Origin: an uncultured Candidatus Micrarchaeota archaeon
Lineage (GTDB): Archaea > Micrarchaeota > Micrarchaeia > Anstonellales > Bilamarchaeaceae
NCBI GenBank assembly: GCA_963714085.1
Contig: OY970229.1
Coordinates: 1,184,001 to 1,248,000 of the forward strand
DNA length: 64,000 bases
Reading direction: 5' to 3'
The position numbers and the translations under genes are program-made. Below are positions 28,134 to 36,864 of the stretch, in pieces; the first letter of the stretch is position 1, and every line of letters begins with the position of its first letter. The notes beneath the pieces were generated by a model, which saw nothing but the letters and a program-made list of their open reading frames with translations, was not told the DNA's origin and made no database searches.

Positions 28134-28883
28134 ATGGATGGTATATGTGATTCTATGAACTTCGCATCGTTTCATTCGTTCCGGGGCATTCTCAAGGACG
28201 GCATACCCGAAGGGGACCAGATCCTCATCTCAGGCCCTCCCGGCTCCGGGAAGAGCATCATGGCGATGCAGTTCCTGATGGAAGGGGTCAAAGCGGGCGA
28301 GAGCGGAATATTCTTCACGCTCGAGAACCGGCCCGAGTTCCTCGTTGACCAGATGGAGGGGCTTGGATTCGACGTGAAGAAGGCGGTCGCGGACGGGAAC
28401 CTCGAGATAGTCGAGCTCCAGCCCAACGACGTCTACGTGCTCCTGGACGAGATGGGCGAGCGCGTGAGGAAGCTCGGCGCCAAGCGCATCGTGCTCGACT
28501 CCCTGTCCGTTTTGGCGGTGTACTGCGGCTCGTACCGCAATCTTCCGGAGGATTTGATAGCGTTCATGGAGAAGACCCCGCACAGGCCCCCGATAGCGAT
28601 AGGGGAGCAGGTGAAGAAGCAGATGCTCTACCACGTGCTCTCGGAGATACGCAGGCTCAAGTGCACGACCATCATGATATCCGAGCTCGCCAAATCCTCG
28701 AAGTTCTATTCCCGGGACACCGTCAGCGAATTCGCATGCGACGGGCTGATCCTCCTGGATTACAACCTTCTCGGCTCCGCCGGGGTCACGAGGACCATGT
28801 CCGTGGTCAAGATGCGGCGTTGCTCCTACAACGAGGGCATGCACGAGATATCGATAGGCGCCAAGGGCATCAAGGTCCACTGA
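28134..28883 (+). CDS. KaiC/RAD55-like ATPase, single domain
   Basis: GPPGSGKS, LEN, RIVLDSLS, VVKMR. Confidence 0.92.
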   Translation: MDGICDSMNFASFHSFRGILKDGIPEGDQILISGPPGSGKSIMAMQFLMEGVKAGESGIFFTLENRPEFLVDQMEGLGFDVKKAVADGNLEIVELQPNDVYVLLDEMGERVRKLGAKRIVLDSLSVLAVYCGSYRNLPEDLIAFMEKTPHRPPIAIGEQVKKQMLYHVLSEIRRLKCTTIMISELAKSSKFYSRDTVSEFACDGLILLDYNLLGSAGVTRTMSVVKMRRCSYNEGMHEISIGAKGIKVH

Positions 28884-28888
28884 CGAGC

Positions 28889-29476
28889 CTATTTCGCTTT
28901 GAGGCGCTTGAACTCAAAAACGCATTCCGGCGCCATTCCCGTAGCCCTGCATTTCGTTTCCACTACTGAATACGCGTGTCCTGACACGCTTTCCGCGACT
29001 CCAGCGAGCAGTCCGCGCAGATAATGGCAGACCGGCCCCTTGCTCTTCCCGTACGTGGTCAGGTAGGTCTCAGCGATGGGCGAATTCTTGGTCGTGGCGA
29101 TCGCTTTCTCCCCTTTCCCGATGAACTCGCTCAGACGCGTGTCTCCCCAGCCTGCCAGTTTCAGAGCCTCCCAGCCCATTTCCATGGAGGCGTCGCCGGT
29201 TACAGGCAGCTTCTGATACAGCCTGGAGAGCATGTCCTTGTCCTCCAGGTATCTCTTGCTTCCGGTTTTCGTCTGGTGGAGGCCGCATTCGTAGATGAAC
29301 TGCGCAGCCTCATCCTTTCCGGTCCTCTCCGAGAGCCGACGTTCCATATCTAACAGCGTTTCCGCGGGAATCATCATGAATAGCCTTCCCTTCACTCGTA
29401 TATTGCCCTTGTCGAACCTGAGTATGCTCAGGGCTATCATCTTTGAAACTAGGTCTACGCTCAACAGAAACACCAC
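28889..29476 (-). CDS. V4R domain protein
   Basis: AGWG...NSPIA...PVCHYLRGLLAGV...ETKCRATG...CVFE. Confidence 0.88.
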   Translation of the reverse strand: MVFLLSVDLVSKMIALSILRFDKGNIRVKGRLFMMIPAETLLDMERRLSERTGKDEAAQFIYECGLHQTKTGSKRYLEDKDMLSRLYQKLPVTGDASMEMGWEALKLAGWGDTRLSEFIGKGEKAIATTKNSPIAETYLTTYGKSKGPVCHYLRGLLAGVAESVSGHAYSVVETKCRATGMAPECVFEFKRLKAK

Positions 29477-30309
29477 GCTATCATTTGCAGGAGAAGCACG
29501 AGCCTAAAATTATTAAGGATAACCTTCGCGTTGTCCGGGCTCGGGTTAGCGAGAAGCCTCGCCCCGAACGAGATGCGGATCGCTATCGCTGCCAGGTAGA
29601 TGACGAGGAAAGCGTTGGAGAGATCGAGTATCTTCCATGGCAGCCACACGACCGCGATGGGAAGGCAGAGTCCTATGAACGTTATCCTGGCCGCTTCTTC
29701 CACCCCTATCTGGACCGGCAGGGTTTTCATCCCGGTCTTCCTGTCGCCTTCCACGTCCTTGTAATCCTTTATGGAGAACGCGAATATCTCTGTCACGAAC
29801 ATGAACGCCGACGCGAACACTATCTTCTCGTCAAGCGGGTGGAAGAGCAGGTATCCTATCAGCATGGGCGTGACGATGTGCGTGGTGACGAGGGTCATGT
29901 ACGAGAGGATGCCCATGGATTTGGTGAACTTGGAGTATATGATCCCGAAGAAGACGTAGAGGACATTGCTCAATGCGAAGACCCAGGACACGACCAGGGA
30001 GAACGCGACGCCTGCCATCGCGAGCGCGAACATGAGCGCCCATGCGAACCTCATGCTGAGCGAGCCGCGCGCGAGCGGCCTCTGAGGGTCGTTTATCCTG
30101 TCCCCTTTCACGTCGCAGATGTTGTTGAACACCGCGTACGTGCAATATACGCAGATGCATGTGAGCACCCCGAAGACGATGAACACGGGGTCGAAATGCC
30201 CGCTCATGAGCATGCCCGCGACCAGCGCCAGGCACGCGGTGAAGGAGCGGTTGGGCATCGTTATCGAGATGACGTCTGCGATGAAGCCGTCCTTGCCCAC
30301 GTCAATCAC
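29461..30309 (-). CDS. UbiA-family prenyltransferase
   Basis: NNICDVKGDRINDPQRPLARG and KDYKDVEGD...KTLP; multiple TM segments. Confidence 0.92.
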   Translation of the reverse strand: MIDVGKDGFIADVISITMPNRSFTACLALVAGMLMSGHFDPVFIVFGVLTCICVYCTYAVFNNICDVKGDRINDPQRPLARGSLSMRFAWALMFALAMAGVAFSLVVSWVFALSNVLYVFFGIIYSKFTKSMGILSYMTLVTTHIVTPMLIGYLLFHPLDEKIVFASAFMFVTEIFAFSIKDYKDVEGDRKTGMKTLPVQIGVEEAARITFIGLCLPIAVVWLPWKILDLSNAFLVIYLAAIAIRISFGARLLANPSPDNAKVILNNFRLVLLLQMIAWCFC

Positions 30310-31063
30310 CTTCGAGGCGGCCGGCGTACTCGTATTCCATCTCCTTGAATCCCGGGTGGATGATGTCCAGGGCGCTGAAGGGCTTGTTCTTGTACTCCTC
30401 TATGATATGGGCGGTCATGGACAGCGACCTCCCGATGAGGAAGAACGCCGGCCCGAACGACGGGTCCTTGAATCCGAGGTCGAGGAGTATCGCGCCGCCT
30501 ACGCCGTCTATGTTGCCGTATATCCTCTTGCGTTCGGAGAGGATTACCTCTATCCTGTCGAACTTCCTCACCGCGTCCCCTTTGATGCCGGATTCCGCGA
30601 ACAGCTTGCGCAGCACCTGCGGCCTGGGGTCCCTGTCCAGTATCGGATGCCCGAATCCGGGTATGCGCTCCCCTTTCTCGAGCGCGCTTTCAACGTATTT
30701 GTCTATATCGTCAAGCGGCGTGGACGCGTAGACCTCCATGCTCTTCTGGATGGCGGACGTGTGCGACGGCCCGCCCGCGCAGAACCCCGCGGCGAGGCAT
30801 TGCGCCATCGGCGCCCGAGTCGTAGCCGCGAGGCGCGCCGAGAGTATGACCGGCACCGTGATGCTCCAGCCACCGCAGAACGCGACCATCAGGGAATTGA
30901 GCATCTTCTTCTCGGCATGGGAGGCTTTCTTGTGCAGCCACGTGTGGAAGATGGCATCGATGAAATCGAATTCCTTTATCATGCTGAGCAGTTTCCTGTC
31001 CCGCACGTACAGCGTCTCGGTCTCCAGATCCACCCAGTCCACAGAGCTTTTCGTCCTTACCAT
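30302..31063 (-). CDS. Citrate synthase family (citryl-CoA lyase-like) protein
   Basis: GPSH, RIPGFGHP, DPR, NIDG motifs; about 253 aa. Confidence 0.85.
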   Translation of the reverse strand: MVRTKSSVDWVDLETETLYVRDRKLLSMIKEFDFIDAIFHTWLHKKASHAEKKMLNSLMVAFCGGWSITVPVILSARLAATTRAPMAQCLAAGFCAGGPSHTSAIQKSMEVYASTPLDDIDKYVESALEKGERIPGFGHPILDRDPRPQVLRKLFAESGIKGDAVRKFDRIEVILSERKRIYGNIDGVGGAILLDLGFKDPSFGPAFFLIGRSLSMTAHIIEEYKNKPFSALDIIHPGFKEMEYEYAGRLEGD

Positions 31064-31064
31064 G

Positions 31065-32249
31065 TCAATCACCAGCCATTTCCCCGAAGAAGCATTGCGA
31101 GCGCAGCCTGGACGTGCCCAGCTTCCCGCAGAGCCCGCTGGCAGCCGCCGCCTCACCGACTTTAGGAGGGATGATGAGCGCGTTGCGCTTCTTCTTCCGC
31201 AGGAGGTCCGAAGCGCGGAGGTAGAGCACCTCGCTTTCGTCCTCGTCCATCCAATCGTCCATCACCGCATGGAACGTGGAATGCGGGTCCTCCCCTATCT
31301 CCATCCTCTCGTATTCCTCCTTGACCTGGCGGACGGTGCTGCCTGGCCGGGAGGATATCTCGTAAACCCTCTTCGAGCGGAAACCGGCGTCGGCCTCATG
31401 GACCCTTCGTACCGGCACCAGGCCGGAAGCGTTCCCGCTGAGGAGGACCTCGTCGGCGCCGACAAGCTCGTCCGGACCAAACGTCCCGAAACGGAACCTG
31501 AAGCCGTGTTTGCGCGCGGCCAATGATATGAATCGTAACGAGATGCCCGGCATCGCCCCTTCCGAAGGAGGCGGCGTTATGAACTCGTTGTCCCTGACGA
31601 GTATGACGCTCCCTCCGGTCCCCTCTACCAGGGACCCGCGCGCGTTCGTGAAGATGGCCTCCGAGCACTCGGAGCCGTTGAGGATGTTGAAGAACGTCAG
31701 CTTCTTCTTCGCTTGGATGGAGAACTGGTAATTGGACGACGCCCTGGTCCCCGGGAACGGAAGCGCCCGCGGATTGGGGTATATCATGGTGTCGACGCCT
31801 CCGCCCAAGCATTCCCCCATGGGCTGGATCATCATCGCCAATCGCGAACGCGAGGCCGCGCCGAGCTCGAGCCCTTCGGATTCGGAGAACAGGAGAGGCC
31901 GGACGTAGAACCTGCCGACCGACCTGCCCGCCCTTTTTATCCTGGGGATGTGCGCGTTCTTCCGGTGGAGGCCGCACATCGCCGCCAGGCGGAAGACGTT
32001 CTCCACCACCGCGTCGTCCGAGAATTCCGCTTCCATCCCGACCGCCGCGGCGCTCTCGCGCAGGCGCTCGAGGTTGAGCCACGGATGGAAGATGGAAAGC
32101 CGGCCGTCGTTCTTGATTATGCTCATGCCCTCGAACACCGCGTGGCCGTAATGGAGCGAGGCCGAAAGCAGGGGGATTCCCATCTCCCCAAGCGGCATGA
32201 ACCTCTCCAGGTCAAGCGATGCGAAAATGCGCCTGTTCATCCCAATCAC
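31065..32249 (-). CDS. Class IV (BCAT-like) aminotransferase homologue, degenerate active site
   Basis: LHYGHAVFEG, ERLRESA, YVRPL, LVEGTG, PGIS, ADEVLLSG; Arg at the expected Lys position (GTRASSNY). Confidence 0.8.
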   Translation of the reverse strand: MIGMNRRIFASLDLERFMPLGEMGIPLLSASLHYGHAVFEGMSIIKNDGRLSIFHPWLNLERLRESAAAVGMEAEFSDDAVVENVFRLAAMCGLHRKNAHIPRIKRAGRSVGRFYVRPLLFSESEGLELGAASRSRLAMMIQPMGECLGGGVDTMIYPNPRALPFPGTRASSNYQFSIQAKKKLTFFNILNGSECSEAIFTNARGSLVEGTGGSVILVRDNEFITPPPSEGAMPGISLRFISLAARKHGFRFRFGTFGPDELVGADEVLLSGNASGLVPVRRVHEADAGFRSKRVYEISSRPGSTVRQVKEEYERMEIGEDPHSTFHAVMDDWMDEDESEVLYLRASDLLRKKKRNALIIPPKVGEAAAASGLCGKLGTSRLRSQCFFGEMAGD

Positions 32250-32427
32250 TTATAACTTTTTTATAAATAATGTAGAATTTATATACATTCCTGTGATTTC
32301 TCTATATTTTATATCTTATTAAGATATTTTTTAACACTAAAACATGGGTGATTCTGCTGTTTTAATAAAAATCCTGCGAGCCTTCGAATGGGCCGCTTTA
32401 GGGCAGATGAGCTTCAGAAAAAGTGGG

Positions 32428-32491
32428 AACAAGACGGGAAGCAGTAAGCATCATAAGGTGCGACCCTTCTGATTTGGCTTCCCGCCTTGTT
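32428..32491 (-). ncRNA. Candidate structured RNA (15-bp closing stem, inner hairpin, followed by a U-run)
   Basis: AACAAGGCGGGAAGC pairs with GCTTCCCGTCTTGTT; the single imperfect pair is G-U only on the minus strand. Confidence 0.4.
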
Positions 32492-32617
32492 AATTATATA
32501 AAATAATACACTTTTTATAGCTTTGTGTTCGGGGTTGTAGGGTTGTCGTACGCTCCGTATCAGGCCAAGACGAGCCGCTATATTCCTATTTTATTCGTTT
32601 CCCCCTCAATCCACTCC

Positions 32618-32905
32618 ATGGAAGTCCGCCATCTGGTGAAGCCGCCGCACAGCAAATCCCTCAAAAGCGCCCGCGTCACGCTCGCTCCTGGCGAGGAGGT
32701 CGGCGAGCACGTCACTGAGGAACGCGAAGAAGTGATTACTATTCTTAAAGGCAAGGCGCAGCTGGCGCTGGATGGCAATACGATTTCGCTTTCAGAAGGT
32801 GAGTCCCATTTCATCCCGGAAGGCACGCGGCACAACGTGAAAAACGAATCAAAAGAACCGCTCGACTACGTTTACGTGGTCTCTATTTTTGCGCCACGTA
32901 GGTGA
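32618..32905 (+). CDS. Cupin domain protein
   Basis: GEHVTEEREEVITILKG...HFIPEGTRHNVKN. Confidence 0.9.
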   Translation: MEVRHLVKPPHSKSLKSARVTLAPGEEVGEHVTEEREEVITILKGKAQLALDGNTISLSEGESHFIPEGTRHNVKNESKEPLDYVYVVSIFAPRR

Positions 32906-33635
32906 AGAACTCCACGTCCTCCGGGCGATAGGACTCCTTGTAATCGCCGAACGTCCTTATCTCTCCGAATCCCGCTTCCTGCAGCAGGCCGCGGAGCTCG
33001 CCTCTTTTGAACGGGTACATCCCGAGCTCCCCCATGTCCCCTGTCTGCAGGTGCTCGTATTCCATCACGACTAGGTCCGGGTCCGCATGCACCAGCCTGC
33101 AGGCGACCTTGTCGATCCCGCAATAGACATATTCGCCGCTCTGGTAGAACCTTCCCCCGAGTATCCTCGGGTAATTCCTTTCGTCTATCATCAGCACCCC
33201 TTCCCTGCGGAGCAGCTCCCTGAAATTCCTGAGCACCTTTAGCTGCTCGTCATGGCCGAACACCATCGTCAGGGCATTCCCCAGGCAGGTGACGACATCG
33301 AACATATTCGGGATGGATGATGCCGCCACCCGCCAGTCGCAGGAGGTCGTGAACAGCTTCACATGGTTCTTTTCCGCTTCCAGGCGCGCTACCCTGAGCA
33401 TCTCGGCGTCTATCTCGTTTGAAAGTATATTGCTCACGCCCGAGAGTTTCAGGCCTATTGTCGTGGCGCCTGTCCCGAGGCATGCGTCGAATACGCGAGG
33501 GTCGGGGTTTCCCGAGTGCCTGAGTATGAACGGGACCTCCTTTCCCATCCTCCGCTCCAGGCATACGAAATCCGGCCATATCCTGGCGATCCTCTCCGCG
33601 TTCCCGGGTCCGGTTTTGCTTGTCTTACATTTCAT
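32883..33635 (-). CDS. SAM-dependent methyltransferase, glycine/sarcosine N-methyltransferase-like
   Basis: VFDACLGTG, VTCLGNA, IDERNY...YVYCG, FGDYKESY...EFFTYVAQK. Confidence 0.85.
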   Translation of the reverse strand: MKCKTSKTGPGNAERIARIWPDFVCLERRMGKEVPFILRHSGNPDPRVFDACLGTGATTIGLKLSGVSNILSNEIDAEMLRVARLEAEKNHVKLFTTSCDWRVAASSIPNMFDVVTCLGNALTMVFGHDEQLKVLRNFRELLRREGVLMIDERNYPRILGGRFYQSGEYVYCGIDKVACRLVHADPDLVVMEYEHLQTGDMGELGMYPFKRGELRGLLQEAGFGEIRTFGDYKESYRPEDVEFFTYVAQK

Positions 33636-33728
33636 GTTGATTTATGTAGCTAATCTCTTTAATATAAATAACTCGATATTTTTGTTCCAAAACGATAATA
33701 TTATATGGATATTTTACATAATAGCTCC

Positions 33729-34682
33729 ATGGTTGGCCTGAAAGACCTGGACAGGAAAGACCGCTTGATACTCGCGGAGCTGGACAGGAACTGCAGGCAG
33801 AGCAATGCGGAGATCGCGCGGAAGCTCCGGCTCGGCAAGCACGTCGTCTCCTACAGGATAGCGCAGCTCGAGAAAAAGGGCGTCATAACGAACTATTACG
33901 CGGTCATCGACATGTCCAGGCTCGGCTGGCAGTCCTACCGCATATACCTGAAGCTCGCGCCGATGGAGGAGAAGGAGCACCGGCTGCTGCTCGACCACCT
34001 GACCGGCTCCCAGAGCACCTGGTGGATCGGGGAGATGGACGGCCAGTGGGACCTGGGAGTCGTCGTCTGGGTGCCGGGCCATTACGAGTTCGAGAGATTC
34101 TGGAATGCTTTCGTGGAGAAATTCCAGCCGTTCATAGAACAGAGCAGGGTGTCGGTCTACCTGCGCATGCACGCCTATTCGCAGGCCTCCTTCACAGGAG
34201 ATGCGGCGGATAGAAAAGAATACCTGACCGGCGCCGGGACAAAGGCGGATGTGGACGAAGTTGATTTGAAGATCCTCCGCGTGGTCTCGGGCCAGGGGAG
34301 GCTCGGGACGCTTGAAATCGCCAGGCTGACCGGCCTGACCCCGGTGCAGGTCGCCTACCGCATGAAGAAGATCGTCAAGAGCAGGATAATAGCCGGTTTC
34401 AGGGTCAACACCCTCCTCGACGACCTGACCTTCTACAAGGCCGACTTCCAACTGAAAAGCATGAGAAAGAAGCAGGAGATGCTCGCATTCGCTTCGTCCG
34501 ATGTATGGAGCGCGTACGTGGACGAGACCATCGGGTTCGCAGACTTCGAAATGGGGCTGCTCTGCCCGTCCTACCAGGACTTCAAGCGCTCAGTTGGGCG
34601 CTTCAGGAAGAGGTTCTTCGCCGAGATACGCGGTTACAATTTCGAGATTTACAGCCGTATCGTCAAAATACGCTACTTCTGA
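33729..34682 (+). CDS. Tandem (double) Lrp/AsnC-type transcriptional regulator
   Basis: LDRKDRLILAELDRNCRQSN...and VDEVDLKILRVV...; paralogue of 14599-15561, both end RYF. Confidence 0.9.
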   Translation: MVGLKDLDRKDRLILAELDRNCRQSNAEIARKLRLGKHVVSYRIAQLEKKGVITNYYAVIDMSRLGWQSYRIYLKLAPMEEKEHRLLLDHLTGSQSTWWIGEMDGQWDLGVVVWVPGHYEFERFWNAFVEKFQPFIEQSRVSVYLRMHAYSQASFTGDAADRKEYLTGAGTKADVDEVDLKILRVVSGQGRLGTLEIARLTGLTPVQVAYRMKKIVKSRIIAGFRVNTLLDDLTFYKADFQLKSMRKKQEMLAFASSDVWSAYVDETIGFADFEMGLLCPSYQDFKRSVGRFRKRFFAEIRGYNFEIYSRIVKIRYF

Positions 34683-34687
34683 ACCAT

Positions 34688-35467
34688 TCACTGTTTTCGC
34701 GCCACGTACGTGAAGAACTCGACATCCTTCGGGTTATACGGCTCTTCTTTGTAATCCCCGAATAACTGGATCCGTCCGAATCCCGCTTCATGCAAAAGGG
34801 CGAGAAGCTCGCCTGTCTTGAAGGGGTATGTCTCGACCTCGACCTTATCTCCTGTCCCAAGATACCTGTACTCCATGACGACCGATCCGCTCGACGCCCG
34901 CACCAGCCTGGGAACGACCTTGTCGATCCCGCAATAGACGTACTTGCCGCTCGGGTTGAACCTTCCTTCGAGTATGCTCGGATAGTTGCGCGTATCGATT
35001 ATAAGCGCTCCTTTCGGTGTGAGGAGCGATGCGAAGTTCTTGAGCGACCTGAGCCGCGCATCCCTGTCGAAAACACGGGCAAAGGAATCCCCGAAGCAGG
35101 TGACCATGCCGAAGAGGCCATGCAGGTGCTGCGGGATGTCCGTCCATTCGTGTGAGAGCGCCTTTATGCTCACGCCCCTTTTCGCAGCCTCTGAAACCCC
35201 GACGTCGAGCATGTCCTGGTTCGTCTCGTTCGGGAGCACGTTGGCGATCTCCTTCAGCCTGAGCCCGATGGTGGTCGCCCCGCAGCCGAGGCAGGCATCG
35301 AAAACCAGGGGTTTCCGCCCCGGGACCTGGCTCGCTATGAATGGAACTTCTGTTTTCATCCTTTCCTCTATGTTCACGTAATCCGGCCACATCCTCGCTA
35401 TTTTTTTGGAATCGGATCGTCTGTCGCGTGCGAATGAACCGTCCTGCCGCTTCGTATATTCCTGCAT
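34688..35467 (-). CDS. SAM-dependent methyltransferase, paralogue of 32883-33635
   Basis: VFDACLGCG, TCFGDSF, IDTRNY...YVYCGIDKV, EFFTYVARK. Confidence 0.85.
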   Translation of the reverse strand: MQEYTKRQDGSFARDRRSDSKKIARMWPDYVNIEERMKTEVPFIASQVPGRKPLVFDACLGCGATTIGLRLKEIANVLPNETNQDMLDVGVSEAAKRGVSIKALSHEWTDIPQHLHGLFGMVTCFGDSFARVFDRDARLRSLKNFASLLTPKGALIIDTRNYPSILEGRFNPSGKYVYCGIDKVVPRLVRASSGSVVMEYRYLGTGDKVEVETYPFKTGELLALLHEAGFGRIQLFGDYKEEPYNPKDVEFFTYVARKQ

Positions 35468-35570
35468 ACGCCGTTATTTGTGGCAGATTATTTAAAAAAG
35501 TTGTCTTTGCGCCGACCGCGGAAATCCACCCGGCTCATGCTTATAAACGGGGTCCTGCCAATTGTGCGCT

Positions 35571-36371
35571 ATGCTCGGCCATCTCATCTCCTTCCGCTCG
35601 GACCCGGAGCGCATCCTCTTCTGGAAAAAGGAGGAGACATGCGAGATGGAGCTTCCTGGCAAAGAGCTGCACATGCGCTTCTCGGATTCCATCCTATGCA
35701 CCGGATACCGCGACCTGGAGGGCATATACCGCTGCCCGCACGGCATCCGCGGCATGAAGCAGTGCGCCCACTGCAAGAACCGGGATATCTTGAAGGTGTA
35801 CACGCGGCTCGATTTCACTGGCTACGAGAGCATGAAGGACGAGTATGTGCAGCAGGAGTTCAGCGTCTACTTGGCCGGGTTCGGCGATTCGATCGTGAAA
35901 TGCGGGGTCACGCGCAGCGCTCGCGTGGAGGAGAGGACGCATGAGCAGGGCGCGGACTTCTGGGTCGAGCTCATGCGGTTCGACAACGGAGAGAACGCAT
36001 ACATGGCAGAAAACGCGCTGCAGCAGAAATTCGGGCTCCGCAATTTCGTGCGCAACAGCACCAAGCTCGAGCTCCTCGGGAAGCCCAAATCAAAACTTGC
36101 GCTGGAAGCGAAGGTGAAGGAGATAGTATCGCAGAACGTCCCGGGCGGAGCGCTGGACGGCATCGGAAGCGTGCTTGACGGAGCGGAGATAAGGGAGAAC
36201 TCGTATCCGGTCCCGCAATCGTTCGAGATATCCACCTCGATAGACGGCAAAATCACAGGCTCCAAGGCGCAGATGCTCTTCTACGAGAAGGAAGGGAAAC
36301 ACTTCGTTGTGCCCATGAGCGACGCGATAGGACGGGTTTTCCTGCTCAAAGAGCGCGGATCAAGCGAATAG
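35571..36371 (+). CDS. DUF2797-like Cys-containing protein
   Basis: CTG...CP...QCAHC, VYLAGFG...KCGVTR...R-HEQGAD. Confidence 0.7.
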   Translation: MLGHLISFRSDPERILFWKKEETCEMELPGKELHMRFSDSILCTGYRDLEGIYRCPHGIRGMKQCAHCKNRDILKVYTRLDFTGYESMKDEYVQQEFSVYLAGFGDSIVKCGVTRSARVEERTHEQGADFWVELMRFDNGENAYMAENALQQKFGLRNFVRNSTKLELLGKPKSKLALEAKVKEIVSQNVPGGALDGIGSVLDGAEIRENSYPVPQSFEISTSIDGKITGSKAQMLFYEKEGKHFVVPMSDAIGRVFLLKERGSSE

Positions 36372-36818
36372 CCTCTTGATAGAGACTCCTATGAGCTGGC
36401 TCGCCACGAGCACCAGCCCCGTGACGATGAGGTGCTCCGCCACCACGCGTCCGGTGTCCATCCGGTAGGATTTCGCGATGAGGTAGCTCAGCACCGCTAT
36501 GACGCCCAGTCCGTAGACGACCGACGCTGCGATCGCATAGTCCAGGGGGAGAATCACCACTAGCGCTATTATCACGAGGGATATGGCCAGCCGCGTCATG
36601 TAGTTGGAGAGCGTGCTGAGCTTGGTATGGGCCCTGGACTTGGATTCGGAGTAGATGTGCATCCCGAGAGAGTCCGCGATGTTGTCCGCGAAGGCGATGA
36701 CCAGCAGCGCGCCTATTATCCCTATCTTGGAGACCGCCAGCTGGTTGAGCCCGATGAGCAAGGCCAGGCAGCTGGTGACAGCCGAAGTCGCGCCGAAGCT
36801 GAATCTGCTTAAGTCCAT
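36360..36818 (-). CDS. VIT1/CCC1-like membrane protein
   Basis: FGATSA...AFADNIADSLGMHIYSE; about five TM segments. Confidence 0.65.
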   Translation of the reverse strand: MDLSRFSFGATSAVTSCLALLIGLNQLAVSKIGIIGALLVIAFADNIADSLGMHIYSESKSRAHTKLSTLSNYMTRLAISLVIIALVVILPLDYAIAASVVYGLGVIAVLSYLIAKSYRMDTGRVVAEHLIVTGLVLVASQLIGVSIKRLFA

Positions 36819-36864
36819 GGTTGGATAACAGGGATTAGATATTAGATACTTCCGGACCGGCGCT

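Noticed and set aside
21219..28883. Circadian clock interpretation of the two KaiC-like genes
   Set aside because: Both are single-domain archaeal KaiC/RAD55-like ATPases, and no KaiA or KaiB is present
10725..35525. Shared 11-mer ACCGCGGAAAT between divergent promoters at about 10725 and 35515
   Set aside because: Only two copies of a short GC-rich word; compatible with chance
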